A DNA stretch of 25,490 nucleotides, counting the filler, from an uncultured virus (IMG/VR IMGVR_UViG_2512564001_000007) (Duplodnaviria; Heunggongvirae; Uroviricota; Caudoviricetes). It is 6 parts of one record of this genome, joined end to end, with 100 filler letters (N's around TTAATTAATTAA, not from the genome) between each part and the next. Parts side by side here need not be neighbours in the genome. Positions count along the whole stretch, not along the records: positions 24,479 to 25,490 come from IMGVR_UViG_2512564001_000007; 5 more parts are not named here. One strand, given 5' to 3'. The notes under the pieces were generated by a model. The model made no database searches. It was given only the letters and a program-made list of their open reading frames with translations, and was not told where the DNA came from. Positions 24,598 through 25,490 of this stretch are shown here, piece after piece (the first letter of the stretch is position 1; every line of letters starts with the position of its first letter). Position numbers and translations under genes: made by a program.

Positions 24598-24840
24598 ATG
24601 AATAACATCCATGAATACCGAACAACGTTACACCATGTCAAAGCAGGGATGCAGGTTATTTATCATGGTGAAAGGATGAAAATAATTAGATTGAAGGAGA
24701 AAAAATTAACAAACAAAGGATTGATATATCAATTTGATACCGATGGAGAAAACGGAACATTAACCGGAAATGGCGGTAATAAAATCACTGTCTTAGAAAA
24801 AATAGACGACTGGCATAAAAGTAAAAGCGGGTATGTTTAG
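24598..24840 (+). CDS. Hypothetical phage protein (80 aa)
   Basis: ATG at 24598 with GGAG RBS; its stop abuts the RBS of the methyltransferase. Confidence 0.65.
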   Translation: MNNIHEYRTTLHHVKAGMQVIYHGERMKIIRLKEKKLTNKGLIYQFDTDGENGTLTGNGGNKITVLEKIDDWHKSKSGYV

Positions 24841-24848
24841 GAGATGAC

Positions 24849-25490
24849 GTGAAGTATGACCTGATACTCGCAGACCCACCCTGGCAATACCAAAACAAAG
24901 CATCAAACGGCGCAGCACACAATCACTACAACACCACTGACTTTTACTCCTTTACTCGACTACCTATAGAAACCATCGTTAATAATAACTCCGTACTCTG
25001 CATGTGGTATACGGGTAACTTTGCGCTGGAAGCTATCCGGTTGGCGGAAGCATGGGGATTTAAAGTCAAAACCATGAAGGGATTTACCTGGGTCAAGCTC
25101 AATAAGTTAGCCAAAGAGCGGATCTCCAAAGCTATCAAAAAAGCTGAGCTATCTGATGCTGATGACTTTCTGACATTACTCAATGCTGAAACACGCATGA
25201 ATGGCGGTAACTACACCCGCAGTAATTCAGAAGATTGTTTAATTGCCATCAAGGGAAAAGGACTAGAACGCAAGGACGTTTCCATCAAACAAGTTATTTA
25301 CTCCTGTCTCGGTGAACATAGCCAAAAGCCCAAAGAAGTCAATTACCGACTAGAGAAGCTCTACGGTGATGTGAAACGTATCGAACTTTTTACTCGTGAC
25401 AAAGTACAGGGCTGGGATCTATGGGGCAATGAAGCGCCTGAGAATAGTGTGAGTTTGTATAATACAAGGAGATTAAAAAATGCTCATTAA
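24849..25490 (+). CDS. MT-A70-family adenine methyltransferase
   Basis: YDLILADPPW catalytic motif, AWGF, FTWVK, GNYTRSNSE, HSQKP, IELFTR...GWD.WGNE. Confidence 0.92.
   Translation: MKYDLILADPPWQYQNKASNGAAHNHYNTTDFYSFTRLPIETIVNNNSVLCMWYTGNFALEAIRLAEAWGFKVKTMKGFTWVKLNKLAKERISKAIKKAELSDADDFLTLLNAETRMNGGNYTRSNSEDCLIAIKGKGLERKDVSIKQVIYSCLGEHSQKPKEVNYRLEKLYGDVKRIELFTRDKVQGWDLWGNEAPENSVSLYNTRRLKNAH

Overview
This is a draft-assembly window of six contigs (1-752, 853-4684, 4785-12551, 12652-20853, 20954-24378, 24479-25490). They are joined by artificial 100-bp linkers (N44-TTAATTAATTAA-N44), so adjacency across gaps is unproven. All of it looks like prophage DNA from an AT-rich enterobacterium; the APSE-like genes suggest an insect symbiont such as Arsenophonus (inference). 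Contigs 1-3 hold an APSE-like early region: excisionase, two antirepressor-like genes, a c4-type antisense RNA cassette, a DUF1640 gene with tRNA-Lys(CUU), DUF2815 SSB, DUF2800 nuclease, cI/cro, a primase-helicase with an iteron origin, Q and a moron. Contig 4 holds Rz/Rz1 and an HK97-type head module (HNH, cos region, TerS, TerL, portal, ClpP-like protease, capsid, connector, closure). Contig 5 is the early region of a second, lambda-like prophage in opposite orientation (replication initiator, cII/oop, nutR, cro, cI, nutL, RNase III leader, N). Contig 6 carries an MT-A70 methyltransferase. The most interesting signals are non-coding: a predicted H-type pseudoknot just after the SSB gene, a decayed N gene whose leader is about 92% identical to that of the second prophage together with a multi-hairpin boxA leader, and the c4-like switch. 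Protein family calls come from recognised motifs, not database searches.
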